Below are positions 19,076-28,424 of a stretch of 64,000 nt of DNA, piece after piece. A program made the position numbers and the translations under genes. Under the pieces are notes generated by a model, which saw only the letters and a program-made list of their open reading frames with translations, made no database searches and had not been told where the DNA came from. This stretch comes from an uncultured Myxococcales bacterium. Its GTDB lineage: Bacteria; Myxococcota_A; UBA9042. The stretch is taken from assembly GCA_903955385.1 (NCBI GenBank), contig CAJBNH010000118.1, positions 36,045 through 100,044 of the forward strand. The letters are read 5' to 3'. The stretch's first letter is position 1. The number at the start of each line of letters is the position of its first letter.

Positions 19076-20722
19076 CTACTGACGCCACAGGGCCACCAGC
19101 TCGTCGGGGTCCGGGTCGGGAAGGAACGCAGCCCCTGCCCGACGACAGCCATCCTCCAGCTCGTCCAACAGCTGGCGGCGCGCGGCGGCATCGGCCTGCA
19201 GCAGCCCCCGTGCCGTATCGGCATCGTTGGCGTCCGGCACCAGATCCAGCACGTCCCGCTCTTCGACCTCGCGCACGGCAACGGCCAACACCCGATTGCC
19301 CGCGGCCCTGGCCCGCGCAAACGCCAGCCACAACGGCCCGCAGCCCCCTGACAAGCGCCTGAAATCCGAGATGATCACGATAGCGAACGGTCCCTTGCGC
19401 GCGGCCATCGCGGCGGCCACCCCTTCCACCAGCCCCTCGACCCGGTGCGGGGGGGACAGCGCGGTGCGATAGGGCAGCGTCAGGTCCATGGCACGGCAAA
19501 ACCTACGCAATATCGCGAGATCTGGTCGCGCGCTGGGTTCTGGTCCCCGCAGCATCGGCAGTCGCTCGCGCTCAGGCAATCGGGCCAGCGCCGCCATCAC
19601 CAGACGCTGACGGAAGTGCTCGCGAACGTGCGGATCTTCGCCGTCGGCCGGCAGCGGTACGCGCTCGACTGCCGTCAAGTACCCCGCCACCACACGGGTC
19701 AGCTCGTCCTCTTCCAGCGGCGTCAGGTCATCGGCGACCGCACGACGGATGTCCAACAGCGCCCGATCGGCATCGCGTATGGCCGCAACGCCCTCCAGCA
19801 CCGGCCGCTGGTCCACCACGCGCCCATCGACCAACGCCAGACCAAACGGGTCGTGCCCCCGCGCGCTGGCTTCTGCAAGCGAGTGCACGAGGTCCATCGC
19901 CTGATCCAGCGGCCCTCGCCCCGGTCGGCCATCGCGCATGGTCGAGCCTGTGTCCAGCACCACGTACAGCGACCGCGTGCGTTCGCGCTCGAAGCTGCGG
20001 CTCATCAGCCGACCGCGCCGCGCGGACGCTTTCCAGGCGATGTGCTTGAAGGGGTCGCCCGGCACGTGTTCCCGCAGCTCGCGTAGGTCGTCGCCCGGCC
20101 CCTGCACCTTGTCCGGTCGCTGCGCCCCCGCCGACCGCGGCGCCATCCGCCGCGTCTCTGCCACCCGCCGCAGGTCGATCGGCAACGACCGGGGCAGCAC
20201 CGCGATTTCGCAAGGACTGGGCAGAAAGACCGGCACAGACACCAAGCCCGCCGGATCGGTCAACCGCCCGTGAACGCCCAGGATCCGGTGCACCGCTGCG
20301 TTCAGCGCCAGCGCTTGCAGGTCCAGCTCGACCCCTCCCGAAGGCAACAGGACGCTGCGCGGCACCGACTCGGTCAGGTCGATCCCCGGACTGGTCCACC
20401 ACTCCAGCAAGTCCAGGCGGCTGGAGGCAAATCCGTCCGGCACGTCGAGCCGAAACCGCAGCGGCACCCACTTGCCGGCACGGTGCGAGGCCAGCCGCGT
20501 CTCACCCGACGGCGTCCGCGCGTCGTGCACCGTCATGCGCGCCGTGACCCCGAGCGGCGGTCGACGTGGGCGGGTCGCCGCGCGAATCCTCAGCAGTTCT
20601 CCGGTCAAGCCAAGGATCAACACCACGCCGGCCAGCACCGCTCCGGCAAGCGACAGGAGCACGCCCGCCGCCACCAGACCGACCGCAATCGCCAGCAGGA
20701 TCCGTCCCCGGAATTCCAACAT
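19076..20722 (-). CDS. DUF58 (VWA-like) membrane protein
   Basis: LRELREHVPGDPFKHIAWKASAR, VVLDTGSTM, IISDF; N-terminal TM helices. Confidence 0.88.
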   Translation of the reverse strand: MLEFRGRILLAIAVGLVAAGVLLSLAGAVLAGVVLILGLTGELLRIRAATRPRRPPLGVTARMTVHDARTPSGETRLASHRAGKWVPLRFRLDVPDGFASSRLDLLEWWTSPGIDLTESVPRSVLLPSGGVELDLQALALNAAVHRILGVHGRLTDPAGLVSVPVFLPSPCEIAVLPRSLPIDLRRVAETRRMAPRSAGAQRPDKVQGPGDDLRELREHVPGDPFKHIAWKASARRGRLMSRSFERERTRSLYVVLDTGSTMRDGRPGRGPLDQAMDLVHSLAEASARGHDPFGLALVDGRVVDQRPVLEGVAAIRDADRALLDIRRAVADDLTPLEEDELTRVVAGYLTAVERVPLPADGEDPHVREHFRQRLVMAALARLPERERLPMLRGPEPSARPDLAILRRFCRAMDLTLPYRTALSPPHRVEGLVEGVAAAMAARKGPFAIVIISDFRRLSGGCGPLWLAFARARAAGNRVLAVAVREVEERDVLDLVPDANDADTARGLLQADAAARRQLLDELEDGCRRAGAAFLPDPDPDELVALWRQ

Positions 20723-20723
20723 G

Positions 20724-21770
20724 TTACGTGGCGTCTCCCGGGCGCGGGTCCAGCACAAGATCCGGCTTGGGAACCGCCACACCCGGCGTCCCCTCCTGCA
20801 GCTTGGTCTTCGCCAGAACGTCCCGCACCACCGCAGCGGCCGAGATCCCCTCGATGGCGGCATCCGTGGTCACCATCACGCGGTGCTCCAAGACTGGCGT
20901 GGCCAGCCGCCGCAGGTCATCGGGCGACACATAGTCCCGCCCCGCCAGCAGCGCCCACGCCTTCGCCAGCCGCATCAAGCCCAAAGTGGCCCGCGGCGAG
21001 GCGCCCAAAGCGACGCGCCCGTGCGCACGCGTGGCTTGCACCAAGCGCACGGCGTACTGCATCAGCTTCTCCTCGACGTGCACCGCATCCGCTGCCGCCG
21101 AGAAGCCCAGAATGTCGTCCGCCCCGGCAACCGACCGCACGCCCGGCACCGGCTGGTCGTAGGTCTGCAGCATCCGCAGCTCGTAGGCAGCGCTGGGATA
21201 GTCCAAGCGAATCCGCACCAGAAAGCGGTCGATCTGCGCCTCGGGCAACAGGTACACCCCCTCCTGCTCTACTGGGTTCTGCGTCGCCAGCACCAGAAAC
21301 GGCTCAGGCAAGGGCAGCGTCTCGCCTTCGATCGTCACCTGCCGCTCTTGCATCGCCTCCAGCAAGGCCGACTGGGTCTTCGCCGGAGCGCGGTTGATCT
21401 CGTCCGCCAACACGACTTGCGCGAACAGCGGTCCGCGGCGCAGCTCGAATTCGTGAAGCTTCTGGTTGAAGACGTAGGTTCCCGTGATGTCGGCAGGCAG
21501 CAGGTCGGGCGTGAACTGCACCCGGCGGAACTGGCAGCCGACCGCCTGCGCCATCGCCTTGGCCAGCGTGGTCTTGGCCAGACCCGGCACACCCTCCAGC
21601 AATACGTGACCGCGGGCGAGCATGGCGGCCAGCACCAGCAGCACCACCTCGTCAGGTCCGATGTACACGCGCGCCACTTCAGCGGTGACGCGGTCACGAA
21701 ACGCCACCACGGTGGCCAACCGATGGTGGTCAAGGGCGACGGGCGTCACGGGTTGGTCTGGCGTCATCAT
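20724..21770 (-). CDS. moxR: MoxR family AAA+ ATPase
   Basis: HVLLEGVPGLAKT, RVQFTPDLLPADITG, LADEINRAPAKTQSALLEAMQE, ATQNPVEQEG. Confidence 0.95.
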   Translation of the reverse strand: MMTPDQPVTPVALDHHRLATVVAFRDRVTAEVARVYIGPDEVVLLVLAAMLARGHVLLEGVPGLAKTTLAKAMAQAVGCQFRRVQFTPDLLPADITGTYVFNQKLHEFELRRGPLFAQVVLADEINRAPAKTQSALLEAMQERQVTIEGETLPLPEPFLVLATQNPVEQEGVYLLPEAQIDRFLVRIRLDYPSAAYELRMLQTYDQPVPGVRSVAGADDILGFSAAADAVHVEEKLMQYAVRLVQATRAHGRVALGASPRATLGLMRLAKAWALLAGRDYVSPDDLRRLATPVLEHRVMVTTDAAIEGISAAAVVRDVLAKTKLQEGTPGVAVPKPDLVLDPRPGDAT

Positions 21771-23230
21771 GTGTTCTCCTCGTTGCGGACCACGGCTGGG
21801 TCGCGGGTGTAGCCGATCAGCGACTCGGCCCACTCGACCTCTGCGGACAATCTGGTGAATTCAGAGCGGTTCAAGGGATCGGCGTCGTCGCGGCTGACCA
21901 ACTCCAGCTCGCGGAACACCTTGCGCAGGCGTTCCGCAGCCTGCGCAGAGCATCGGCCACGGTGAACCAACCTGTCGATGGTCTGGCTCCGTCCGACAAG
22001 GCCAAATCCGGTGTCAGAGAGGACCGCCCCCATGCGAGCGCCGCGACCGGACGGGGCACGGGCCGACGGGACGGCTTCGCCTTGTCTATCGGATGGTTCC
22101 AGCCGCTCTGCCGCTTCCAACTGCCGCCCCAAGTGCGCGGTTAGCAGGCGGGCGGGCCGGCGATAGTCCGCGTGGTCGTGCGAGAGCCAGGCTCCGATGG
22201 CCGTCAGGCGCGCGCTCTCGCGGCGAATGCCGGCCGTCCGCGGCGGGACCTCCGGCTGGGGCGACCGTGCCAGACGCCACGGCGGCCAAGCCAGCAAAAA
22301 CAGCAGGGTAGCCAGCAGAGCAGGCGCGACCCAAGGCCCCCGCAGCGCGGCGGCCAACCACTCCAGCGCGCGTTGCAGAACCTCAAGACCCGATCGCAGG
22401 TCGGTATTTCGGTCGATGGGCAGCCCCTGAAAACGGCCGCGCACCTCGTCAATCCGCACCGCCAGCTTCACCCTGCACGGACGCGAGGCCACGCATGAGT
22501 AACGCAGCACATTGGCTGCGAACTGCTTGTTCTCGTGGAATTTCGAGAGCATGGAAGTGATGAACAGACTAGGGTCGGCGATTGCAAGCACCCGGCCCGC
22601 GCCCCGGTCGGCTTCCGCAAGCCAACCCAGTCCTGGCTCGTCGTACCGGCCCCACAGCACCGCCAGACGGTCGCCGGGCAACGCAGCCGTCACGCGCAAC
22701 GCGGCAGGATGATTCAGGACAACAGAATCGATCACGTCGTGATTCAGGAACTCCGCCGGCGTCAGCCGCGCCTTGGTCGCCATCCAGCGTCGGGCCGCAG
22801 CCAGGGTCTCAGGGTCAGGATTGACCCGAACCTGCGGCAAATGCTCGAGGTCCATGTAGCTTGTCTGCTGCCGACCTGCGCGGTCCAACAGCTCGATGCC
22901 GAACGGGCGCAGCCACGCGTCACCCGCACCGAAGTCGTCCGCCACCATCAGGCGGCCCCCCGAGTCGACAAACCGCTCCAGACTCCGCAGCGCCTCTCCC
23001 TGGGGAGCCGTTTGCGGCGCCAGCAGGAACAGCACGTCCTCTGTCGCGATCTTCGACCAGTCCAGAACCGGCAGCACCTCGACCTCGACCTTGGCCAGGC
23101 CGGCCGTCTCGAGCAGACCCGCCAGACCGTTCCAGTCCGGGGAAGTGGGGTCGAAATCCTCTGCCGCAAGGGCGGCCGTCGCCACAAGCACCCCCAGAAA
23201 CGGCCATAGCCTCCAAGCGGTGCGCCTCAT
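21767..23230 (-). CDS. DUF4350-like membrane protein of the MoxR operon
   Basis: Signal peptide, WNGLAGL, FVDSGGRLMVADD, GRVLAIADPSLF, one TM helix; 4-bp overlaps on both sides. Confidence 0.7.
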   Translation of the reverse strand: MRRTAWRLWPFLGVLVATAALAAEDFDPTSPDWNGLAGLLETAGLAKVEVEVLPVLDWSKIATEDVLFLLAPQTAPQGEALRSLERFVDSGGRLMVADDFGAGDAWLRPFGIELLDRAGRQQTSYMDLEHLPQVRVNPDPETLAAARRWMATKARLTPAEFLNHDVIDSVVLNHPAALRVTAALPGDRLAVLWGRYDEPGLGWLAEADRGAGRVLAIADPSLFITSMLSKFHENKQFAANVLRYSCVASRPCRVKLAVRIDEVRGRFQGLPIDRNTDLRSGLEVLQRALEWLAAALRGPWVAPALLATLLFLLAWPPWRLARSPQPEVPPRTAGIRRESARLTAIGAWLSHDHADYRRPARLLTAHLGRQLEAAERLEPSDRQGEAVPSARAPSGRGARMGAVLSDTGFGLVGRSQTIDRLVHRGRCSAQAAERLRKVFRELELVSRDDADPLNRSEFTRLSAEVEWAESLIGYTRDPAVVRNEENT

Positions 23231-24978
23231 CGCTGCACCTCGTCGACCTTCGAGATCGCCTGCTGGGTCTCTTTGGCGGTGTCAGGGTCCGTGTGTGAGC
23301 CGTACAGCGCCCGCTCGACCTTGCGCACCGCGTCCCTCACCTCGCCGTGACCGCGTCGTACCCCCGCCGCCCACCGGGGTTCGACGTCGCGCGGGGTCTC
23401 TGTGCGCCAGTCCACGCCGACGCCGGTGACCCTGCGCAGCACGCCGGCAAAGCTGCCCCGTACCACCGCTCGACAGCTGGAAGGCAACAGCTCGCACCCG
23501 TCGAACACGCCGTCGTGGGGCAGAACCAACGCAAGCTCCAGCGGCTCGTGCTCGACGCAGAGGACCATCAACCGATGTCGGCCGGGGGTCAGCCCTGGAA
23601 GATCGAACATCCCGGAAGGACAGGGGATGTCGACGGGCGTCGGCGCCCCTTCCAGCAGCAGGCGCAGCTCTCCGGCTACCGGGCGGCCAGTCTCACCGTG
23701 CACGATCCGACCGCGGACGACGCACGAGGGCTGCCCTCCGGGTCCTACCCGCCGCACCGCCTCGTCCGGCAGTCCCGCAAACTTCGCCTCGTCTTGGGCC
23801 AAAAGCGCCCGTTCCCGACGCCGGGAGTTCCACCGCAGCAGCACCGCCGCCAACGCAAGGCCGATCAGCGGCCCGCCGTACCACCAGCCCGACAGCCCGG
23901 GCGGCGGCGGCACGTCGATGACGGCAATCGCACTCAGCCCGGTTTCGTGAAAGGGAGCAGGCACATAGGCCCGCGCGACCACACCGACCGCGCCGGGAGG
24001 AAACAGCGTCGTCAAGACCGTGCCGCGAAGCACGCCTGCAAATCGGCCCTCCGCGTCGGTCACCAGCAGGCCCAGCTGATACCCATCGGCGTGTAGTCCC
24101 ACCGTGGCCGACGGTACCGGGCGATGGGCCGTTCCCTCCAACGCAAGGACAGCGCCCGTCAAGCACCAGTCCCCCTCACCACACGCCCGGCCCTCGCGCC
24201 CAGGCGACAGGGACAGCTCGACCTCGACCGCGGTCACAAGTTCCAGACGACGCCCCGCTTCCGCGCCGTTATGGGCGTCATCGGCCTCGATGCGAGCGGT
24301 CAGGCGATGCAGCCCCGACCCGCCCAAAGTCGCCACGGACAGTTGTGCCGTCGCCCGTCCGTCCGCGGCCGTTCGCACCACCAGCAACGGCCGGCCGTCC
24401 ACGGCGAGCTGCACCGCCCCACCGGCGATGGGCCAATCGCCCGCCCGCGCTTCAACGTCCAAGGCGAGCGTGACTTGCGAAGAACGAAGCCGCTCCGACT
24501 CCATCGCCAGCACGAGGGTCGCGTCCGGCTTGGCCAGGTCCGCCGACTGCGTGGCCACAGACTCACCGTGCTCCGGCCCTCCCGCAAATCGCCCTTCGAT
24601 CTGCCAAGTTCCCTCAGTGGCGCCCAGGACACTGCGTGGAAACAGCACCTCGAATCGGCCGGCCGCATTCGTCGAGGCCAGCCGCTCCTGGCTGTCCAGG
24701 CGCGCACCACCCTCCCCCTCCCGTCTGGCGCGAACGACGATACCTGCAGCAGCCACTGGCTTGCCCCGCGAGTCCTCCAGCTGCCCCGTGACGGTCAGTC
24801 CGGCACCGCCAGCTTCGGTTTGCAGCGTCAGCGCCGTGCGGGCCCGGAGTCGCACCCGTAGCGCTTCTGCGGACCCTGGCCATACGGTCGCCGCGCACGA
24901 GAGTGCCACGACCGTCGCGAACCAGACGGCGCGACGGTGGCATGAGCGGCGGGAGCGGGGGCACGGAGGGGACGACAT
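23227..24978 (-). CDS. Membrane-anchored Ig/carboxypeptidase-regulatory-like repeat protein of the MoxR operon
   Basis: Signal peptide, repeated T-x-A-x-G-R-F/A beta motifs, TM helix, C-terminal ETPRD..ERALYG (DUF4129-like). Confidence 0.6.
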   Translation of the reverse strand: MSSPPCPRSRRSCHRRAVWFATVVALSCAATVWPGSAEALRVRLRARTALTLQTEAGGAGLTVTGQLEDSRGKPVAAAGIVVRARREGEGGARLDSQERLASTNAAGRFEVLFPRSVLGATEGTWQIEGRFAGGPEHGESVATQSADLAKPDATLVLAMESERLRSSQVTLALDVEARAGDWPIAGGAVQLAVDGRPLLVVRTAADGRATAQLSVATLGGSGLHRLTARIEADDAHNGAEAGRRLELVTAVEVELSLSPGREGRACGEGDWCLTGAVLALEGTAHRPVPSATVGLHADGYQLGLLVTDAEGRFAGVLRGTVLTTLFPPGAVGVVARAYVPAPFHETGLSAIAVIDVPPPPGLSGWWYGGPLIGLALAAVLLRWNSRRRERALLAQDEAKFAGLPDEAVRRVGPGGQPSCVVRGRIVHGETGRPVAGELRLLLEGAPTPVDIPCPSGMFDLPGLTPGRHRLMVLCVEHEPLELALVLPHDGVFDGCELLPSSCRAVVRGSFAGVLRRVTGVGVDWRTETPRDVEPRWAAGVRRGHGEVRDAVRKVERALYGSHTDPDTAKETQQAISKVDEVQR

Positions 24979-25140
24979 GGACCTTCGAGGGAAAGGGCGG
25001 TGTTCTCAGCGCCATGGACGGCAGGTCAGGCGCCAGCATGCACGCTGGTCCGCGGGTTCGCCAGAGCAGCCCCGGGTCAGTGCATCCACCCCGCCGCCGG
25101 AATACGCCCCAACCCCGCTGAATTGCAGAGAACTTCGGGA

Positions 25141-25169
25141 TTGCGCTGCTGCATCCTCCATGCTAGCAT
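25141..25169 (+). promoter_or_regulatory. Putative sigma70 promoter with extended -10
   Basis: TTGCGC-17 nt-TAGCAT, with TG at the extended -10 position. Confidence 0.4.
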
Positions 25170-25366
25170 CGTCGCCAAGTGCTGTGGGGGTGAGTCCTCC
25201 TCATGCCACCACAGGTGAACTACCGGGTTCTTGATCAGCGCTGAGCCCCTCTTCTCCGACCCTCGCCACGCCCGACCCCCAATGGTCATGGCGCCGATTG
25301 CGAAGGGTCATCTTCGTACTGCCGCCTGCCCCGCGTGGGTCGGTTCGCCCGAGTCGGAGGTCCCGC

Positions 25367-26461
25367 ATGCCCACTCGCTCGCACGTCCTCGGTTTCCTGT
25401 GGTTGCCCGCGCTTGCGTTGCTTGCGTCGGCAGGCTGCACGGAGATCGCCGATATCACGACGGCCACTCCGGAAGAGGCGACCAAGCTCGCGAACATCCG
25501 CGCAGACCTCGAGCAGGACAAGGCCCTCGTCGACTACCAGAGGGACCGCAAGAAAGAAGCAGAGAACCGCGGCGAGAATCCCGACCAGTACGACAATGCG
25601 GAGCTGCTGCGAGTTGAGCAGCGGTTTGCCGATCGCTGGGCGAAGATCCGCGAGGTCAAGTTCCGCGAGAAGCGGGATGCCTTCCTGGCTCTGTCGACCG
25701 ATGTGGTGCGCCACTGCACCGATCGCGCCAACGAAACCGTGACGCAGAACAAGGCCTTGGCGGACGAAAATCGTTCGATCCTCGACCGGCGTGCCCACGG
25801 CGAGAAGACGGACGCGCTGAAGCCGCTGGAGGACCCGGCCGACATCGTCGACAAGTGCCTGCACGACACCAAGCCTGAGGCCCGCATCGACTGGGGCATC
25901 GTCGGACTGTTCCTTGCGCTGGGTCTGGTGCTCGCGGGCGCCGGCGTCGGCTTGTTCCGTTCGGCACGTCGGCACATCGACCCGGTGGCACTGGCAGGCC
26001 AGTCGCTCAGCCTTTCTACCCAGCAGGGTCCGGCAACGACAGTGCTGACAGGCGAGTACGAGGGCTTCGTCATCAAGGTGGAGGCCAGCGCGCCCGGTAC
26101 CGGTCAGGGCGACGGCTTCATGCGCGCTCTGGTGCTGTCACGCGTGCACGCTCACACCGTCGTTCGCTTCGGCCCGCTCGCGCCGCCGCCCGGCCTCGAT
26201 CTGCCGGATCTGGACGCTCCGGAGATTCAGGACGACCGGATCCCCGAAGGCTACAAGATGCGCCTGACGCCCGGTACCTCACCCGAGCCCCTGCTCTCCG
26301 GCGACGTCGGCTTCCAGCTTCGCGCGTTCGACCCGATCGATGTTCGCGTGCACGACGGCATCGCCGCCCTGACGACTTGGCAGGTGGCGCAAGGGACAGA
26401 GAAGGTCGTCGAGTTCATCGACTTGGCGCTCGCCGTTGCGAAGCTTTACCCGCTCGATTGA
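25367..26461 (+). CDS. Hypothetical lipoprotein with an internal TM helix
   Basis: GGAGG RBS; lipobox-like ASAGC; charged helical region; WGIVGLFLALGLVLAGAGVGLF TM. Confidence 0.7.
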   Translation: MPTRSHVLGFLWLPALALLASAGCTEIADITTATPEEATKLANIRADLEQDKALVDYQRDRKKEAENRGENPDQYDNAELLRVEQRFADRWAKIREVKFREKRDAFLALSTDVVRHCTDRANETVTQNKALADENRSILDRRAHGEKTDALKPLEDPADIVDKCLHDTKPEARIDWGIVGLFLALGLVLAGAGVGLFRSARRHIDPVALAGQSLSLSTQQGPATTVLTGEYEGFVIKVEASAPGTGQGDGFMRALVLSRVHAHTVVRFGPLAPPPGLDLPDLDAPEIQDDRIPEGYKMRLTPGTSPEPLLSGDVGFQLRAFDPIDVRVHDGIAALTTWQVAQGTEKVVEFIDLALAVAKLYPLD

Positions 26462-26511
26462 CGGCCCGGTCGCCGCAGCTCCCTTGCATCGCATCGACAG
26501 GTGAGCCGCCA

Positions 26512-27411
26512 GTGCCAGACCGCCTCCTGCCCCGCCTCTATCCCTTTCGCACGCTACTTGTCAGCGTCGTGTTGGCGACCTGCGCCCTTGCGTTGGGGAC
26601 GTTGTCAGGACTCGCGGCGCAGGTCGTCGTCGTCTTCGGACTCTACGATGTGTTGGCAGCGCTTGCGCTCTCGTTTGTTGCGGTCGTGCTGGCGCATCTG
26701 ACTCGCGTGCGTCCCTCGCTGGGTCTGACGGCGGCCGCGGTGGTGGCGGCTGTGTTGTGGCTGGGCGCCTATCGGGTGGCGGACGCGTACTTGTTCCGAC
26801 TGGAGCAAGCGACCCACGTTGCCGAACATAGTGAGGACCTCGCTGCCGATTTTGCAGCGTCGGGTACCGACACGCCCCTGCAGCTTGTCGATGCCGGTCT
26901 GGTGGCCCAGGTCGGTGTGGGTGGCTGGCGCGGTGCGTTCCAGGTGCAGCTGAATGCCGGCCTGCTGGCGTGGCGGGCCGCGGGGGTGTCGCGCGTCGCT
27001 CCGATGCCGCTCTGGCTGCACGTGCTGATCGCTGCGGCCGAGGCGGCTTTCGTGGCGCTTGTGGTCCACCGGGCGCTAGGCAACCTGACGGTCGAGCCGA
27101 CCTGCGCTCGCTGCGGCAGCTACTTGAATCGCAAGGAATTGGGCCGGGTGGACGAGGCCGAAGCCGATCGCCTGCGCGCTGCCTGGGTGACGGGCAACCG
27201 CGTCGTACCCGCGCCGACGAAGGGTTCTCCTGGGTCCATCGCGGTTTACGAGGATCGCTGCCCGATAGGCCACACGATCAAGGCGGGCTACGCGCTGGTC
27301 CGGCTGCGCGGGCACGGGCGGTCCGCGGCCGCCCCAGGGCCCCTCGCTTCACTGCCGGCAGAACTGCATGACGTCGACGGACCGACGGCATCGCAAGCCA
27401 CGGACGCCTAG
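26512..27411 (+). CDS. Hypothetical multi-pass membrane protein with a C-terminal Zn-ribbon-like motif
   Basis: About four hydrophobic segments; CARC ... CPIGH. Confidence 0.6.
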   Translation: MPDRLLPRLYPFRTLLVSVVLATCALALGTLSGLAAQVVVVFGLYDVLAALALSFVAVVLAHLTRVRPSLGLTAAAVVAAVLWLGAYRVADAYLFRLEQATHVAEHSEDLAADFAASGTDTPLQLVDAGLVAQVGVGGWRGAFQVQLNAGLLAWRAAGVSRVAPMPLWLHVLIAAAEAAFVALVVHRALGNLTVEPTCARCGSYLNRKELGRVDEAEADRLRAAWVTGNRVVPAPTKGSPGSIAVYEDRCPIGHTIKAGYALVRLRGHGRSAAAPGPLASLPAELHDVDGPTASQATDA

Positions 27412-28424
27412 CGCGTGCCGATGCCCTTGCCCGCTTCCTGCGCCGCCAGCTGCGCCTGACGCTTCTCGTCGAGGGAAGCCGGGGCGATCCACGGCAGTGG
27501 ACGCGGCGAAGGCTCAAAGCGGATCCGGTCGCCGAAGCCAAACGAAGCGCGACGGTGAGCGCCGTCCAGATACAGCATCCCCGTCGACATGCGCGACACA
27601 ATCTCGAGACCGTCTGACGTGAAGCCGCCCATCAGAGGCTCGCCTCGAACCGCCCACGCCATCAGCTCGCGCACGCGGTATTGCAGGGCACGCGAGTCGA
27701 TTTCCTGGACCTTGCCACCCGCGGCACGGATGCCGGCCGTCGACCCCGCCGCGGTGGCCACCCACAGACCGGACGATTTCTGGTCCTGGTGTACGCCGTC
27801 GAGAGAGAGGGTGTAGCGCGACGTCTCTGCGGGCACCCGATGTGCCAGAAGGACGTCGTTCAGGGCGAGGTCGCGCAACGGCTTGTCGTTCAAAGAGACT
27901 TGCAGCCGCCACAGCCCGCGACTGCGCAGCTGGCCCGCCAGAATCTGCTGGAACAGGGGCTCGAACTCCTCTGCCGAAGCGGCGCAGAAGAAGCCGACTG
28001 AGGTTCCAGACGCGCTGTTGACCCCAAACATGGGCGTCCCGTCGCTGTCCGGCGTGGCGGCAATGCAGTGGGACGCACGCAGGAACGTGCCGTCGCCGCC
28101 GACGGTCAGGACGAGGTCCGCCCAAGCAGCCCAGTTGCGGTTGAAGGTCGAGACCAACCGATGCTCGACACCGCTGCGGTTCAGCACGTCCAGCACGGTC
28201 GCGACGGAGCGCAAGTGCTGTTCGTGCGCCGACTTCGTCCGTGCCACCAGCGGGTCGTCGCTGTGCAGCATCCGCTCCAGCTTTCGGTCCGGGTGGTCGA
28301 CCAGCTGCTCGATGGCCGTTGTCTTGCGTACGACCACCACGCGACCAATGCGCACCACATCGCCCACGCGGTGGGGGCTTCCGTTGGTCCGCTGTCCGTG
28401 AGGGGGACCGCTGCGCTCCGTCAT
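27408..28424 (-). CDS. nadK: NAD(H) kinase
   Basis: TVGGDGTFL, GVNS, LALNDVL, KSSGLWVATAAGST. Confidence 0.9.
   Translation of the reverse strand: MTERSGPPHGQRTNGSPHRVGDVVRIGRVVVVRKTTAIEQLVDHPDRKLERMLHSDDPLVARTKSAHEQHLRSVATVLDVLNRSGVEHRLVSTFNRNWAAWADLVLTVGGDGTFLRASHCIAATPDSDGTPMFGVNSASGTSVGFFCAASAEEFEPLFQQILAGQLRSRGLWRLQVSLNDKPLRDLALNDVLLAHRVPAETSRYTLSLDGVHQDQKSSGLWVATAAGSTAGIRAAGGKVQEIDSRALQYRVRELMAWAVRGEPLMGGFTSDGLEIVSRMSTGMLYLDGAHRRASFGFGDRIRFEPSPRPLPWIAPASLDEKRQAQLAAQEAGKGIGTR

Noticed and set aside
17981..24978. WYL plus MoxR/VWA-like genes as an anti-phage island
   Set aside because: The MoxR-DUF58-DUF4350 set is a common envelope-associated operon; no nuclease, toxin or mobility gene is nearby
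25182..25230. GCCACCA suggesting a tRNA end, and GAAC..GTTC suggesting 6S RNA
   Set aside because: No TTCRA T-loop or cloverleaf; no 6S-like rod and no usual zapA/ygfA context; kept only as an unclassified structure
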